64,000 nucleotides of DNA from the human T2T-CHM13v2.0 reference genome, Homo sapiens: assembly GCF_009914755.1 (NCBI RefSeq), contig NC_060930.1; one strand, given 5' to 3'. The notes under the pieces were generated by a model that ran no database searches, was not told where the DNA came from, and was given only the letters and a program-made list of their open reading frames with translations. A program made the position numbers and the translations under genes. Shown piece after piece: positions 45,086 to 60,125 of this stretch; position 1 is the first letter of the stretch, and each line of letters opens with the position of its first letter.

Positions 45086-46489
45086 GTCCTTGTTAACCCA
45101 GCAGTCACCATGGTAACAAGCACGGCCGTGCCTCTGGGAGGGCAGCTTGGGGAGGAACTGAACAGGGCACCTCTGGGTTGAGCAGCCAGCGGCCGTCGAA
45201 TGGGGCTTCCGTAAACATCATTCCCTAGAATCCCGAGAGCCACCTGGTGAGATCGGCATCGCTATCTCATTTCACCAATGGCAAATGGAAGAGAGATGGC
45301 TTTCCCAAGGTCATGCCCATTCTGGGGGCAGAATTCCTGTACCAGCTGCTGCTGACCCTGATGCTGAGGGCTCAGTCCTCTTGCTTTGCTGGCCTCGTGC
45401 ACGTGCAGAACACGTGTTTCTTAGAATCTTAGTAATTTTGAAGTAATAAATCTGTGCCTATTTTATATCCCCATCTTTAAAACATCCCTGATAAATCATT
45501 TTGCCAGGGTTTCATCTACCAGGTGAGCTTTATCTAATCAAGCTATGAGGCTGGTGAGTGGGCATGCAACAGTGTTGCTAAACCCGGATTGTCTGGCAGC
45601 CCTGGGAAGACCAAGGCCAGGAATTAGGAGGCTTTCCCATCTGCGGACTGTCCTGCCTCCTCCCCATCTGGCTCTTGTGGTGAAGTCTAATGAGTGTGCC
45701 AAGACCAGCAGGGTGCCCTGAGGTCACAGCTCAGGTGATGGGTGGGGTCCAGGGAAGGGGCACGAACAGGATGGAGGAGCAGGGAAGAGGAGGAAGGCAT
45801 TGAGGAATCGGGGTGAAGAGAGAACCCACATGTATTGTACACACACTGTAGCCACACAGTGAGTGAGGCTCGTCACATGCGGAATTCACTTACTTACAAC
45901 CTTAGTTGCCCGTCAGGACTATCCCTCCTCTGCACAGATGAAGAAGCTGAGGCTCTGAAAGTCTTAGCAACTTGCCCCAGGCCACTGAGACAGTACGGAC
46001 TTCTGTCTGTGCTGTACACTTGCACACGGCAGATCCAGGCCAGCTGCACATCCGTGGGCTCCTCCATCAGTCTCTGGCCCCCTCTTCCACCTCACTGTCT
46101 CCACCTGCCCCTTCCTCACCCACCGCCCTCCTAACCCCTCTCTCCTCCACCCAAAAAAGGGCTGAATGCCAACCTGAAATGTGGTTCTCTGAGTATTTGT
46201 TTTCATTTTCAAGATAGCACTGAGTTTTGTGCAGGCCCAGGCTCTGTTCTGTCTTATCAGTTCTGAAATGCTCCGTTGGTTCACATTTTAACATGCTGAA
46301 ATCAGGGTGTGTCTCACTATTGATGGCATCCCTTAGTTTAATTGGAGCATTTCTTTTCCTTTCTTAGAGATGCATAATAAATATGCACCTTACGGTCAAT
46401 GACTAGAGTCTATGAAATACAGGAATTAAAACGAAACAGGGTGACCTTAGGAAGCTGATGTCATTTAGATGAGCTGTATCTGAAGTGCA

Positions 46490-46810
46490 GCCATGTATGT
46501 GGGAAGTGCCAGGGTCACGGGAAGGGAGGGATGAATAAGGAACACGGGATTTTTATGGCAGTGACGCTCTGCTGCAGGACATTGTCTTCATGGGCACATG
46601 ACATTATGCATTAGTCAAAATAATGTATCATTATCAACATTGGTTCATCAATTGTAACAAATGTACCAGACTAATGGAAAAGCGAGTGAGCAAGTGAGAG
46701 AGAGAGAGACTGAATGTAAGAGAGTATATGGAAACTATCTGTACTTCCTTCACAAATTTTCTGTAAACTTAAAAGTGCTCTTAAAAAATAGCCCATTAAT
46801 TTTTTAAAAG
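46490..46810 (+). mobile_element. Old L1M 3' end fragment
   Basis: GGTTCATCAATTGTAACAAATGTACCA...ATGGAAACTATCTGTACTT...CTGTAAACTTAAAAGTGCTCT. Confidence 0.65.
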
Positions 46811-48520
46811 GCAGAGTGATTTGATCCTTTTATATTTCTCCCATTAAAAAAGGTTAAAGAAAATACATAAAATACTATTTTATAGTTCTGATTCTCCCTC
46901 TGCCTCCCAACTGGTTTTAGCTATCTGTGGCCAATCAGCAGAGAGCTCATGGGAAGCTTTACCCAGAAGAAACCAAGGAAAAAAAAAAAAAAAAAAGATC
47001 CTTAGACCTTAAGATATTGATCAAAGGAGTAGAAAGATTCTCATTCCACCTTAACTTCTGAATATTCCAAATCTCACTCTCTAATCATGCCAATGGGAAA
47101 GAAAGACAAGCAATATGCCAATATAGGTCTGAAGGAAAAAGGAACAATTTATATATGATCTAAAATACCCATCTCTAGAATAAAGACAAGCAGAAATAAA
47201 CTAATCATTAAAAAGTCAATTTTGTGGTTCTTGGGTAGTAATTAGATGTATTTATCCAATAGACTGTAATCTAAGGTTATAACAATAGTCAGACTTTGTT
47301 CTTTGTTCCCAATAAATATATCCAGATGTCCAGAGGAAAAAAGTTTTTTCCAGTCTGGATTTCCCATGAAGACAGACTGGTTAGACCCATGCTAATCTTG
47401 GTTCAAATCTCCTCAGCACCCCTGCTTTGGTTTTTTAACTCCTTAAGAACATAATATGGAGAAGGTTAATCATTTGATTCCAAATATAATAACATTCATT
47501 AAGTGCTTACTGTGGGCCACACCTAGTGACAAATGGTTTACAAACATTATCTATGTAACAACGCAGTTAGCATACACTTGACAGACGAGAACACCAAAAT
47601 GTAGAGGAGTTAACATAAATACCCAGGATCACAAAGCCAGCAGATATCACACCCAGACTCAGCCCAGGCCTGTGTCACTTCACATCCCACACTCTAACCC
47701 ACTGTGCTGTGCTGCAAATTAGGAATAAGAAGTATGGAAGAGTTAAAATGTGGTACTTAGGAACTGAATGAAACCAGGAAAATAATACCATTGCCATATA
47801 AATTCAGTTGGAGAGACGTCATTCTGAAAGCTGGCTCAGACCAAGGGGGCCAATCCCACCTGCCCCACCATGGCCCTAAAATTAGAATATCAAGGGGAAC
47901 CAAGTATCTTAGATACAAGGAGGGACACTGTCCACTTCCAGCAGCTCTGAAAGTGGGTGAAACTAGAGCCAGACAGGACTAAAGATGTATACATATTCTT
48001 TCTACCTGTCATAGTCCTGAAGATGTTGATTAATTAGATTAAAAGTACAAGGTTAAATTGCAGCTGTTTGACTTTTGTGGACTGACATTTAAAATATCAG
48101 AAACAAAGATTGTGTCAGATACAGATTACATGAGTTGGGAGACTGTCTCTACACCAATCCATTCCATAAGGATGTAGGTGCAGAAGAGAGTTACACATAG
48201 CATGGACAAAACTAAACTGCAAGGAGGCCATTGTTGCCTCAACAAGCCAAGGCTGGTTTGATTTCCTGACTACAGTCTTGAACAAGTGATTTAACTGTGT
48301 TTCTTTCAATGGTGCTTTCAATTCTCAATTCACCTTCCTCTCCCCTGGTTAGGACCAGAGCTGGGCAGTGTGTAGGGAGGTGTAACTGTTCTTGGATTTA
48401 CAAGGATTGTCCTATTTTGTGCATTCTTTTTTTTTTTTTTTTGTCTCATGTTTCCATGGTGCCTTTCTTCTCTCTTCCTTCTCGCCTTCTTTTGCAATAA
48501 ACATTTTTTCCCTCTACTAG

Positions 48521-48840
<320 letters not shown>

Positions 48841-48859
48841 GGAAGTCATATATTTTTTA

Positions 48860-50340
48860 AATATCTCAATTTATCCTTCCTAGTGCCTTTTATGTTATTC
48901 TGGCCTAATATTCTAATATTGTCCTTCTAATTTAACTCCACAAGACTTTATCATTGTTTATACAGTGTTCATTTACATCTATCCACATATCACCTTTTTT
49001 TCTCTTCTTTCATTCTTGTATCTCAGGTCATCTGAGATCTTTTTCCTTTTCCTGAAAATTTATCTTTAGCATTTTCTTTAGTGAGGATATGATGGTGAAA
49101 AACACAATTATTGTTTATCTGAAAATGTGTTTATTTTGCCATTATTCTTGGAAGTTATTTTTGCTAAGTGTAGAGTTCTAGACTAGAACTTCTTTTTCTT
49201 TCAGCACACATTAAAGATACGATTGCATCATCTTCTGGCTTCTGCTGCAGCTGGGAAGAAGTTAGACTTTAGGGTGTCGCTCTTTGGAAGGTGGTCTGTC
49301 ACTCTTTGGAAGGTGTCTTTTCTCTTCTGGTGACATTTAATGTCTTGTATATTTTGGTGTTCCACAATTTCACTATGATGCATCTACGTGTGACTGGTTT
49401 TTTCTTTTATTTTCCGTGGGTTTCACTGGGCTTCTTGAATCTTTGGATTAGTATTATTTGTCAGTTCTAGAAAATTCTGAGCCATTGTCTCTTCAAATAC
49501 TGTCTCTTTCTTCCCTCCATCCCCATCTTCTGGAAGGACATACTTAATCTCTTTCCCATGTTTGTTAAAAAGTATTTTTTCATGTCTGTATCTCTGCTGC
49601 ATTCTGGATATTTCCTTCTGATGTGTCTTCGAGTTCACTAACAGTCTTTCCAGCTGTGTTTAAGCTGACATGAAACCCATACGGTGAGCTTTTCAATCCA
49701 GTAGTTTCTTATTTCTACAGGTTCTTTTGATTCATTTTAAAACCTCCTAGGTTAATTTTTACAGTTTATTGTTTCTGACATGTGCCACATGCTCAGTCCA
49801 AGACTATCTGAAGCTAACATCATGGTTGGAGATTTCCAGAGCATCCGGGGGATCTGAATACACGCTGCAAATTTGCAAGCAGGCCGCTCTGTGGTCACCA
49901 CTTTTCAGAGACTTTTATTATCCTCAGCTCAACTCAGACCAATACAAACTTCCGAGTTGGCCACTAGACCTGTGGGGTGATCAACCTTCCTTTTGGTTCA
50001 TCTTTACATTGAGGTTACAGCCTTTCACAGTTCCAGTTTTATGGAGGAAGAATCCCTGTTAGACTCCAAGGCAGACTCTGGGCTTTGACGTCTGTGTTGA
50101 CACTACTGGAATGCTGACAATCAGATTTTCTTGGCTTCGTATATATCCTCAGCAACGCTGTGGTGCCCTGACTATCTGCACTATCTTCCCTTAGATTTTG
50201 CCTGGTATGTCCTTACTATCTTGACAGCTCTTCGATACTTTTAAGAAGATTTAAAAATATATTTTATCCAATATTTTTAGAAGAAGAGTTGGGCAAAATA
50301 ACCTAAGCTGCCATATCATTGAAAATGGAAGTCAGTTCTG
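48860..50340 (-). mobile_element. Ancient L1ME/HAL1-type fragment with ORF1 remnant
   Basis: ORF 49423-49638 ends FEETMAQNFLELTNNTNPKIQEAQ, homologous to L1 ORF1 (IIQENFPNL..NIQIQEIQ). Confidence 0.65.
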
Positions 50341-50411
50341 CTGAAGGTACTTTACTTTTCTAAGCCATAATTTTCCTGTATGTAAAAGAAGGTTACACGC
50401 AATCACTGTCT

Positions 50412-50720
50412 ACAGCTATGCTGTCCACTCCATTAGCCACCAGCCACATGAGGCTGCTGAACATGTGAAATGTGACTAGTCCAAACTGAGATAAGCTGTA
50501 GGCATAAAATACACACTGGGTTTTGAAGATTTCCAACAAAAAAAGAAAATGCCAAATATCTCATTAATTTTTACAATGGATACATTTTGAACTGGTAATA
50601 TTTTGAATACATTATGTTAATCAGATATATTAAAATTAATTTCACCTATCTCTTAATTTGGCTACCAGAAAATTTAAAATTACATGTGCAGTTCTCATTG
50701 TAATTTGGACGCATGACACT
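50412..50720 (+). mobile_element. MER33/MER3-like hAT-Charlie element
   Basis: GCTGTCC..TAGCCACCAGCCACATG..TGAAATGTGACTAGT..AAAATTTAAAATTACATGTG. Confidence 0.7.
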
Positions 50721-50822
50721 AATCTAAAAGATAAAGCTTCTTGGCAATGTTATAATGATGCTTTATGAGCTGCTCCTGTCTCCTCTGTCAGCCAAACCTG
50801 GTCCCCATTCCTTTCCAGAGTA

Positions 50823-50856
<34 letters not shown>

Positions 50857-51150
50857 GTGTTAGAATATGCGCATGTATGTGTGTATGTGTGTGTGTGCAT
50901 GTAAGTATATGTGTGTGTCTGTGTGTCTATGTGTGTATGTGTATGTGTGCATGTGTGTATGTGTATGTGTGTATATATGTGTATGTATGTATGTGTGTCT
51001 ATGTATGTGTACATGTGTGTGTATGTGTGTATGTGTATGTATGTATGTGTATGTGTGTATAGATGCGTAGGTATGTATGTATGTATTGTGTGTGCATATG
51101 TATGTGTATGTGCATATGTGTGTGTGTATTTGCATGTCCTTGCATGTGTC
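50823..51150. repeat. Complex (TG)n/(TATG)n microsatellite, ~330 bp
   Basis: Directly visible. Confidence 0.95.
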
Positions 51151-52910
51151 CTCGACAAGGCTGTTTCTTGACAGAGGAAACTTATTTTGTTCATCTTTAA
51201 GTTATCAGACTTGGTGCCTGTCACATTGCAGGAGCTCCTTAAACACTTCAGAAATTAATGAATAAAATGGTTTCCATGGATGATCTGATACACTTAGCTT
51301 TTAAAGAGGAACAACTTCCTTACTTCTAGTTTCCCTTAGAAAGGATCCTTCCTTAGATAAATTCCTGCCTTCCTGCACCTTACTTGCCCCGGGAGAAGCT
51401 TTGGCCACCACCTTCCAAGTCCTTGCTTAATTTCTCAAATTGTTTAGAAATATAACTGTGAAGAATACTATTTATTGAGGCCTTTCTGGGGATCTCAACA
51501 TTAAGTACAAAATTAAATATATTCTTTTCTCCAAAAGAATATAATACAACTTAATTTAACCACACCAGAAACATAATTCAGAATTTGAAGCAAATTTCTC
51601 ATTTAACCGAAAACCAAGATGAAGGATAATTCAAGACAAGAAACTGGCACCTATTTTCAGGGTAAGAGTCCAGCTTTCCCTTTCCAGTGGCAGTCTTCCC
51701 AAAATAAAAGAAAAAAAGTAATTATTCAGAGAAGACAAGCACTGCAGGACAACCATTGGGCGGGTTATAAACACCTTTCATTATATGGCATGACCTGCAA
51801 GGAATGCTTCCATCATTCCAAGATTTAAAGCCACCTAGAAATACAGCAACTTCATGTTCATCAGAATCAGAAGTTTGTACAGTAGCGAGATCTTTAAAAG
51901 CTCAAAGCGCTTCCTAGCGCACACTTCATGTAACAGTTCACTCAGCAAGCCCATGATGCCTGTAGTATAAAAGCAAACGTTGCAGAACTTCATCATGTGA
52001 TCAAAGCTGCAGAAGGAGAAAGAGACCTTGCATCAGGCTGTGTCATGCCTCAGTCACCTTTGACTACTCCGAAGAGGAAAGAACTCTAAGAAGGCCACCC
52101 TCTGTCTCTCAGATCCAAAACTACACATGCAGAGAACCTGGAGACATTTAGGGAGGCATGCCACACCCTCGGGGCTCGTCACACAGGCATGGCTCTACAC
52201 TGCTCTCTGGGGCAGGTGTCAGGGCCAGCAGGCAGGCTGATTGTCTAGCGTTGGCATTAGGGCAAGTCTTGAATGTGAATGTTCTCAAGGTCCGCTCCGA
52301 TCCTATCTTTTCCCAAAGCTTCCTGACATTGATCAGGCTCTCCCCACCGTGTGCAGAGGCAGCTCACACCCACAAGGCTCTGTGATTCACGTGCTGGATA
52401 TTCTAGAGCCCCTGAAGGTGCCAGGACTTTAGGATTTGCATAACTTAATGAGGCTTAATGACCCACCATCCCAAGACAGAAATATAACCCTGACCTCTTT
52501 CTAGAATGGTGTGGTTCGCCATCTTAAGAGCACTGTCTTTCTAGGAGAAAAGATATGGGACCTAGTAAGTTAAGGCATCAGACACTGAGTGGTGACACTT
52601 TACCAAATAACAGCAATGTTAAGAAAAAGCCAGGAACTGGAGAGGCTAGGGGCTGGAGGGAAATCTGCAGAAAAGGTGTCCTGGAAACTATGAAAGTGTT
52701 TGAAAAGGAAAAAAAAGAGGCAGTCAGGGCAAACCCAACAGACAAGTCACATCAAATAACACCTAGTGCCTGGGTTGGGGATGATTAAGTCAGTGAGGGG
52801 TAGGACTGTGGTCCTATCCAGGGTCTGAAATAGGTCTGAAGCAACAGAGTTAGGGCAAAGACTAGAGTTACAAGTCACAGTTCAATCTAATGTGTTAAGA
52901 AGCAAGGAGA

Positions 52911-53221
<311 letters not shown>

Positions 53222-54672
53222 TGCCAAGGAGAGGAAAAGCTAGAGGAATGAGTGGTCAACTGGATGGTCAAGAAAGTCACATCAGGACTTGCTCACTGAG
53301 CAAACATTTGGGCACTTACTGGGTGCCCGGAACTGCTCCAGGCACTGGGGAAGTCAGCTGTGAACAAGAGGCAAAGTCTGTGTCCTCTTGGAATTCTGTG
53401 TCCAATGGAGGAGGCAGTAATAGAAGCGCACAAGAGGTGAGTGCTTTACAGGAAAATGACACCAACCACTTTCCCAAACTTGTTTCATGGAACGGATCCA
53501 GGAACACTTTAATTTGCCGATACTAATGAGTATTTTAGGAGATGGGCCATTTGGAAAAAAATGAGATAAACCAATGCTTTTCCCTTTGGCCTTCTCCGAA
53601 CGTTGAATGTGCTAATGGACAGTGAGCGCTTTCAGAGAGGGGCCAGGGCACGTAAGCCCTGACCTTGCACTGCTAGGGACATTAAAGAACTAGCGTTCCA
53701 TAAAACAGTTTGGGAAATACTGCTCTAAGTGATTCTTGATGGAGTAAGTACACCTGCTTATGTTTATTTCTTAACATGTTATTCCATGTGGTCATGGTAA
53801 ATATTTTCAACATCTAAACCTAGTTGGCCCCTCCTCTGGGAAATCTTCCACAGTGATAGCTGCCTCTTCCGACTCCCAAATGCTCCCAATGCACCCAACA
53901 GGCTCTCTCTCCTCCTGCCTCAGCCCTCTAGGAATGTACCGACTGATGTACGCATTACTCCTGGGGCTCATGTTTTCCTCTCCTGAACCACTCTGCCTCC
54001 TTGCCAGACATCTTTACATTCCCTGCTGTTCCTAACCTAGAGCCGTTGTCTTGCAGGAGCTCCTAGAAGGACTGGACAGGTGGAAGGGTGGGAGGCTAGA
54101 AGGAGAGCCTGGGAAGGAGACCACTGGCCTAGCCCCAGGGAGGTCACCCACAGAGGGCACCCAGGAGAGTTAAGTGCCTGCCGGAGTTCTGGAAATAAAA
54201 TTACTTATGTGGACTCTAGAGGAAATGTCATCATCAATAAATACCCACTGCTGATTGATTGAAATGTGGTCTTGGCCTCACTGTCAATAGCAATGAAAAG
54301 CTACACGTAGGGTTTACCCAGACAATTCGGGCTGGCAACTTGTTGGTTCTATTTTAATAAGTTCCCTTTTTGATACGATGCATTTTCTATTTCTGTTTCC
54401 CCCAACTCTTCTTCAGTCTCTCATACTTCATTCTTCCCACTCTTCTTTTGTTTAATATTTTAAAATATTTCCCTTCACTGTTCCATAATAAAGAACACAT
54501 GTCTATTGTACTAACTAATATGCTTATTGATGAGTTTTGTGTTTCTTATTCTCAATATTAAAAGTGGATATGCAAAAGATATTTATATTCTTTCCTAAAT
54601 AGAATAAAACCCTCTAAATTATACTTCTTGCTTGTACGTAAATATAATCTCAAGTAATTTTTCATGCTTTGG

Positions 54673-54893
54673 CAAGTGGCTCTCAGTTGAGAGTGATTTC
54701 ACAATCCCCTCTCCTCCGGGGCATTTGGCAATGTCTGGAGACATTTTTCATTGTCACGGTTTGGAAGGGGGATGCTATTCATTAAGGGTAGGAGCCAGAG
54801 ATGCTGTTAAGCATCCTACAATGCACAGAACAGCCCCATGACAAAGAATGATCCAGTCCCAAGTGTCAACACAGCTGAGGTTGAGAAACCTGT
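54673..54893 (+). mobile_element. MER20 DNA transposon
   Basis: CATTTGGCAATGTCTGGAGACATTTTT...GATGCTGTTAAGCATCCTACAATGCACAG...GAGGTTGAGAAACC. Confidence 0.85.
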
Positions 54894-54949
54894 CTTACGG
54901 CCATGACAGTGAGAAAAATAAACCAGGTGGCAAACACTACCTTTATGGT

Positions 54950-55135
54950 AGAATTTAGACACATAATTGCTCAGGCTGGGTTACATCCTGGCCCCACCAT
55001 CTACTACTTGTGAGACTTTGGACATGCTATTTAACCTGCTGTGCCTCGGTTTCCTCATCTGTCATGGTTGTTATTAGGTTTAAATAAGCTCACATGTAGA
55101 AGGAACTCCGCAGAGTGCTGGGAACACTATATGCA
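54950..55135 (+). mobile_element. MIR element
   Basis: CTATTTAACCTGCTGTGCCTCGGTTTCCTCATCTGT core. Confidence 0.65.
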
Positions 55136-55948
55136 GTCTGACTGTTTTTTCCTTTACACTGACGGAGTGCATGAATGTTAATAGGGAAACTGACCTGGAA
55201 CGTATATGTTGTTTCGAGTAAAGACAAAATTACATAGCTTATTAAGGGGTAAATATCTTGTTTATATGATCCACGATTCTATATTTTAAACTCCAGAAAC
55301 TCCTCAAATATATGCCAGAATTACTGCTGATATCGATTCCTTTTTTGAAGCCCTAAGATTTGCTTGTTGAAATTCATGATGCAATAAGCCTTTGGGACAG
55401 ATTACGTATACTAATTCTAAAGAACATCTGGATATAACAGAAATGCTTAATAATGCAGGTTTTAAAAGGATTCTAGTTTGGTAATTATAGAGGAATTACA
55501 AAAAAAAAAACACGTTAATTGGCCTCAGTCTTTTCTGCATAAATAGCACATTGCAACACTGTGCATCAGACTTGCAGAAACATACAAAAAAGCTTTTCTA
55601 TAGGACTGCGAATGTCGTCAGCAGGCATTTGTTCACCATCTCAACACATCTTGTCATGCCCGCCCCTCCTACAATTCTTTCAGTGTTCAAAGCTCAGGCT
55701 AATGAGACCAACTTCAAGGGCTCAAACCACATGGCTGGTGTGATGGTCAGTTTTATAAGTCTACTGACTAGAGCAGAGACCCAGTTATCTAATCAAATAC
55801 TAGGTGTGTCTGGGAAGGCATTTGGTAGATGTGGTCATACACACACACACATTGTTTCTTAAGGGAATGACAGATTCTGCTGCCCACAACAGCCCCTTGT
55901 TGATGACAGTGGCAGGCCAAGCTGCCTGGGGTTATGGCCCTGGGCATG

Positions 55949-56312
55949 TGATACGGTTTGGCTCCGTGTCCCCATCCAAATCTCATGTGGAACTGTAATC
56001 CCCAATGTTGGGGGAGGGGCCGGTGAGAGGTGACTGGACCATGGGGTGGATTTCCCCCTTGCTGTTCTCGTGACAGCAAGTGAATTCTCGTGAGATCTGG
56101 TTATTTAAAAGCGTGCAGCACCTCCCCCTTTACTCTCTCCTCCGGCCACGTAAAGATGTGTCTGCTTCCCCTACGTCTTCCGCCATGAGTGCAAGTTTCC
56201 TGAGGCCTCCCCAGCCATGCCTCCTGTACCGTGAGTTGATTAAACCCCTTTTCTTCATAAATTACCCAGTCTCAGGTAGCTCTTCATAGCAGTGTGAGAA
56301 TAGACTAAAGCA
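55949..56312 (+). mobile_element. MSTA-type MaLR solo LTR
   Basis: TGATACGGTTTGGCT...AGACTAAAGCA; 5-bp TSD GCATG/GCTTG with one mismatch. Confidence 0.85.
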
Positions 56313-58504
56313 GCTTGACATCAATGCTGTGTAAGGACTCTGCCTCCTGCCCCCTGAGAACAACGGCTTGTTCCTTAAAAGGCTCCCAGAGGCACAGACT
56401 CCCTTAACACTGCCAGGGCAACAAGGGGAAGGAGAGAGGGAAAGGAAGGGCACTGAGGAGGGCTTCTAAGGGCCTAACTCTGCATTGCGACGAATGTGCA
56501 CAGAAAGAGGAAGGAAGAAATGAGGACAGACAGCAAAAGGAAAAACTAGAAATTCTGTGTTCACCCTTCAGCCCGGTCCCCATGAGAAAAAATGTCAAAT
56601 TGTACATCACTTCTATGAGAAAATCACAGCAGAATAATGCTAATGAGTGAACATTTACCTATTGATTACTCATGTAGAAAGCATTCGATAAGTGTTAACT
56701 AATATTTCACATTAAGGCCTGTGTGCCAGGTACTATAGGAAGGGATACACAGTAAATGATGGAGTGCGCTGTCTGAATTCAGAGAGTTTTATCTTAAATA
56801 ACATGCCATTTTATCTCCAAATAACCACAGTACAATCCTAATTATCTATGAGAAGGCCTGCACTCTCTGGCTTCTTCCATTTCCACCCAGTATCTAATCA
56901 TAGTTGGTCTGGACAAGGGGAAAAACAGTGTGTGTGCTTGGGCATAACCACAGGGTAGCGTAATCTCATTTTTTGATTGCTCAGGATTACTCTAGAAAGA
57001 ATTATTGGCACCTCTTCTTTTCTTCAATAATCATATTTACTATGTTGACTAGGGACACCATAGGTCCCTCCTCTGCTCTTTGTAAAGAATCGGGGACAAA
57101 CAAGTGACATATTGGAATTCAAATGAGGCTCCATCTGTTCCTGGAGCCATACAGTCCATGTGTTACACTGCCCCCGCAGGATGGCTCTTGTCTCTGAGAA
57201 GGTTATTCTATTTGGCCACAATTTCTGATCCATCCAAACTCATAAACACAGATACCCTCTATTGCCTCATTTTAGAATGGCAGATCCCAATCACACTTTG
57301 CATTTTGGCTGGAGCTAAAACAACACATTTCAGCCTGGGGTCACTGCAAAGCTGGGCCAGCCTGTGATCCTTTCCATCAGAGCAACAGGCAGAACGACAG
57401 CTTCCTGCAAATGCATCATCTTGCTCTCTAGCCTGCCACCACGATTACAGCTCAGCTGAGGAAGTCATCATGAGCCGTGCGGTGTTGCAAAGGAAATCTT
57501 GTCCCATTGATCAACTCAGGTTCCTCTGCAATATTGATCCTCCAGGTCCTTTCTGGAGAAAATGAGCTGGCAGGGGAGTGGGGATTGGAGGCTGTTCAAG
57601 AGAGACTTAATTCTGTACCTAATCAGATAAGGTGAAGGTTAAGAAGCCATTAATGAAAAATGACAATTTTCTCTGGGACTGGATTAATGAGCTCTACAGT
57701 CCCAAGAGAGAGGTTAAAGTACCAGAAGAAAAGGAAATTACAGGAACCAATTTACCTTTTTTTTCAGTCTTATTTTTATTCAAAGAGCACTTGAGGTTAA
57801 AAATAGAACCTAGAAGTAAGAAAGTCATTTGTAAAAACCAGGAGAAATGGTTTTCTGTTCTTTAATTAGTTACTTCTGGTTTTCAAGGCTGTCATCCAAA
57901 TTTCCCCACCATGAGCTCTATCTGCGATGTCCCAGGAACTCTCCTGCAATACAGAGCCTCTGTCTTCTTCAGCAGGGCTTCTCAGACTCTAATGTGCATT
58001 TGCATCATTGCAACTTGTTACAATGCAGATTCCTAGATCTGGAGAGAGGAGCCTGAGATTCCCCACTTGTAGCAATTCCAGGGTGATGCTGAGGCTGACT
58101 TCAAAAGATAGGGGTAGGTAAATTACTGTGGCCCAACTAGGGCCAGGTCCTGCTCTCAGCTCTTAAGATACATTGGCTCTCTTCATTCTCTAACCAGTGC
58201 AAGAGGAAGTCCCATTTCACAGACAATTAACTGTACTTTGACAACCATTCACCCGTAATTCTTTTCCCATTTCCAGTGTTCTTGGATATGCCAATGTTCA
58301 CATTAGATTTGTGAACTTTGATATGCCAAGTAGGATGCCAGTAAGAAAGATGCTTACTAAAGGCCACTATAAGCCATTTAAGACTTATCATAAGTGTTCC
58401 TCCTCCAGGAAGTCTACCTGACCCGGGAACCTGGACAAGGTGGCTCTCATATATACACCCAATACACACTCCTGCATGCCTATATGTCAGGCTGTAGGTA
58501 CTGG

Positions 58505-58980
58505 TTATCTATTGCTCATAACCAAAATATGATGGCTCAAAATAACAAAAACACTTATTATCTCCGACAGTTTCTGAAGGTGGAGAATTCAGGACTGACA
58601 TGGCTGAGTGGTTCTGGCTTGGGGTCTCTGGGGATGTCGCAGTCAAGATGTCAGCTGGGGCTTGCCTGAGGCTGGCAAGGTGGTGCTGGCTATTGGCTGT
58701 AGATCTCAATTCCTCTTCTCATGGGCCCGTCTGAGTGATGCCTGAATGTCTTCATGCTTGAATGTCATGGTAGTTGGCTTCCTCTGGATGACAGAGGACA
58801 GAGGGGAAAAGAGAGAGGAAACCAGGCAGAAGCTATGGCCTCACCTTGAAAGTTACAAAGCACCATTTATGTCACTTAGTTGAAGAGAAGAGAGTTACTA
58901 GCCCGCACTCAGGAGTTAGGGAAATGGGGTTTCACTTTTTTCAGGGAAGACTGTCAAAGACATATTTAAAAATTACCATC
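58505..58980 (-). mobile_element. MLT1-type MaLR LTR
   Basis: TATCTATTGCT..ACAGTTTCTG..GGCTGAGTGGTTCTGGC..CAGTCAAGATGTCAGCTGGG. Confidence 0.6.
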
Positions 58981-59556
58981 TATAACAGACTGTATTTTCC
59001 AAAGATGGCTACAATAATATTGTATATCCCGCAGGCTCTTCTAGAATGTAAGTCATTCCCCCATCGAGAGGTAAAATGGAATTTCCCCTTTCTTGATCTA
59101 AGAGGGCTACTAACTTGCTTGTAACCAGGATAATGTGGCAGAAAAAATGCATGACTCTCAAGGCCAGGTCATAACCTTATGCCCCGTGAATGGGGACACT
59201 GACTTTTGGAGCCCTAAACTACCAGCTAAGAAATGCTACTGCCTTGAAGCTGTCTGCCATGGGGAAGCCTGGGCTATATGGATAGGTTACTCCAGTTGAC
59301 AGCCCCAGTTGAGGTCCCAGCCAACAGCCAACATCAACCTCCAGGCTTGTGAGTAAAGATACCAGCCCTTGATTTCTGCCCCCTACTCTCGAGTCTCCCC
59401 ACTGGGAACCAGGCATCCTGGAGCACAGCCTAGCTGTTACCACTGGGCTCTGTTCAGAATCCTGACCCAACGAATCCATGGGCACAATGAAATGATTATT
59501 TTAAGCCTGTAATTCATGGGGTCATTTGTTCCTCAGCATTTAGTAACTGGAATATA
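58981..59556 (+). mobile_element. MLT1-type MaLR LTR, head-to-head with previous
   Basis: AGACTGTATTTTCCAAAGATGGC...TTTTAAGCC..TAGTAACTGGAATA. Confidence 0.6.
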
Positions 59557-59766
59557 TCCTGCATTATCATTGTCTGTTATAGTCTCTCTCTCTCCCATTA
59601 GGTTGTCGGATTGTAAGTCTTCTAGGGCCTACGGCTGTGTCTTACTCATTGCTATAAAGCCAGCACCCAGCATAATGCTTAGTATGTAACCCATGCTCAA
59701 CAAGTGTTCGTTAAATGAATAATGAATCAATAAAAGTGCTTGGAATTTTGTGGGAGAGTGTTCTTT

Positions 59767-60125
<359 letters not shown>

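Noticed and set aside
49276-49317. GTC(G/A)CTCTTTGGAAGGTG tandem duplication
   Set aside because: Ordinary slippage duplication inside an old L1 fragment
50763-51265. His/Thr-rich and Cys/Val-rich ORFs
   Set aside because: Translations of the TG/CA microsatellite
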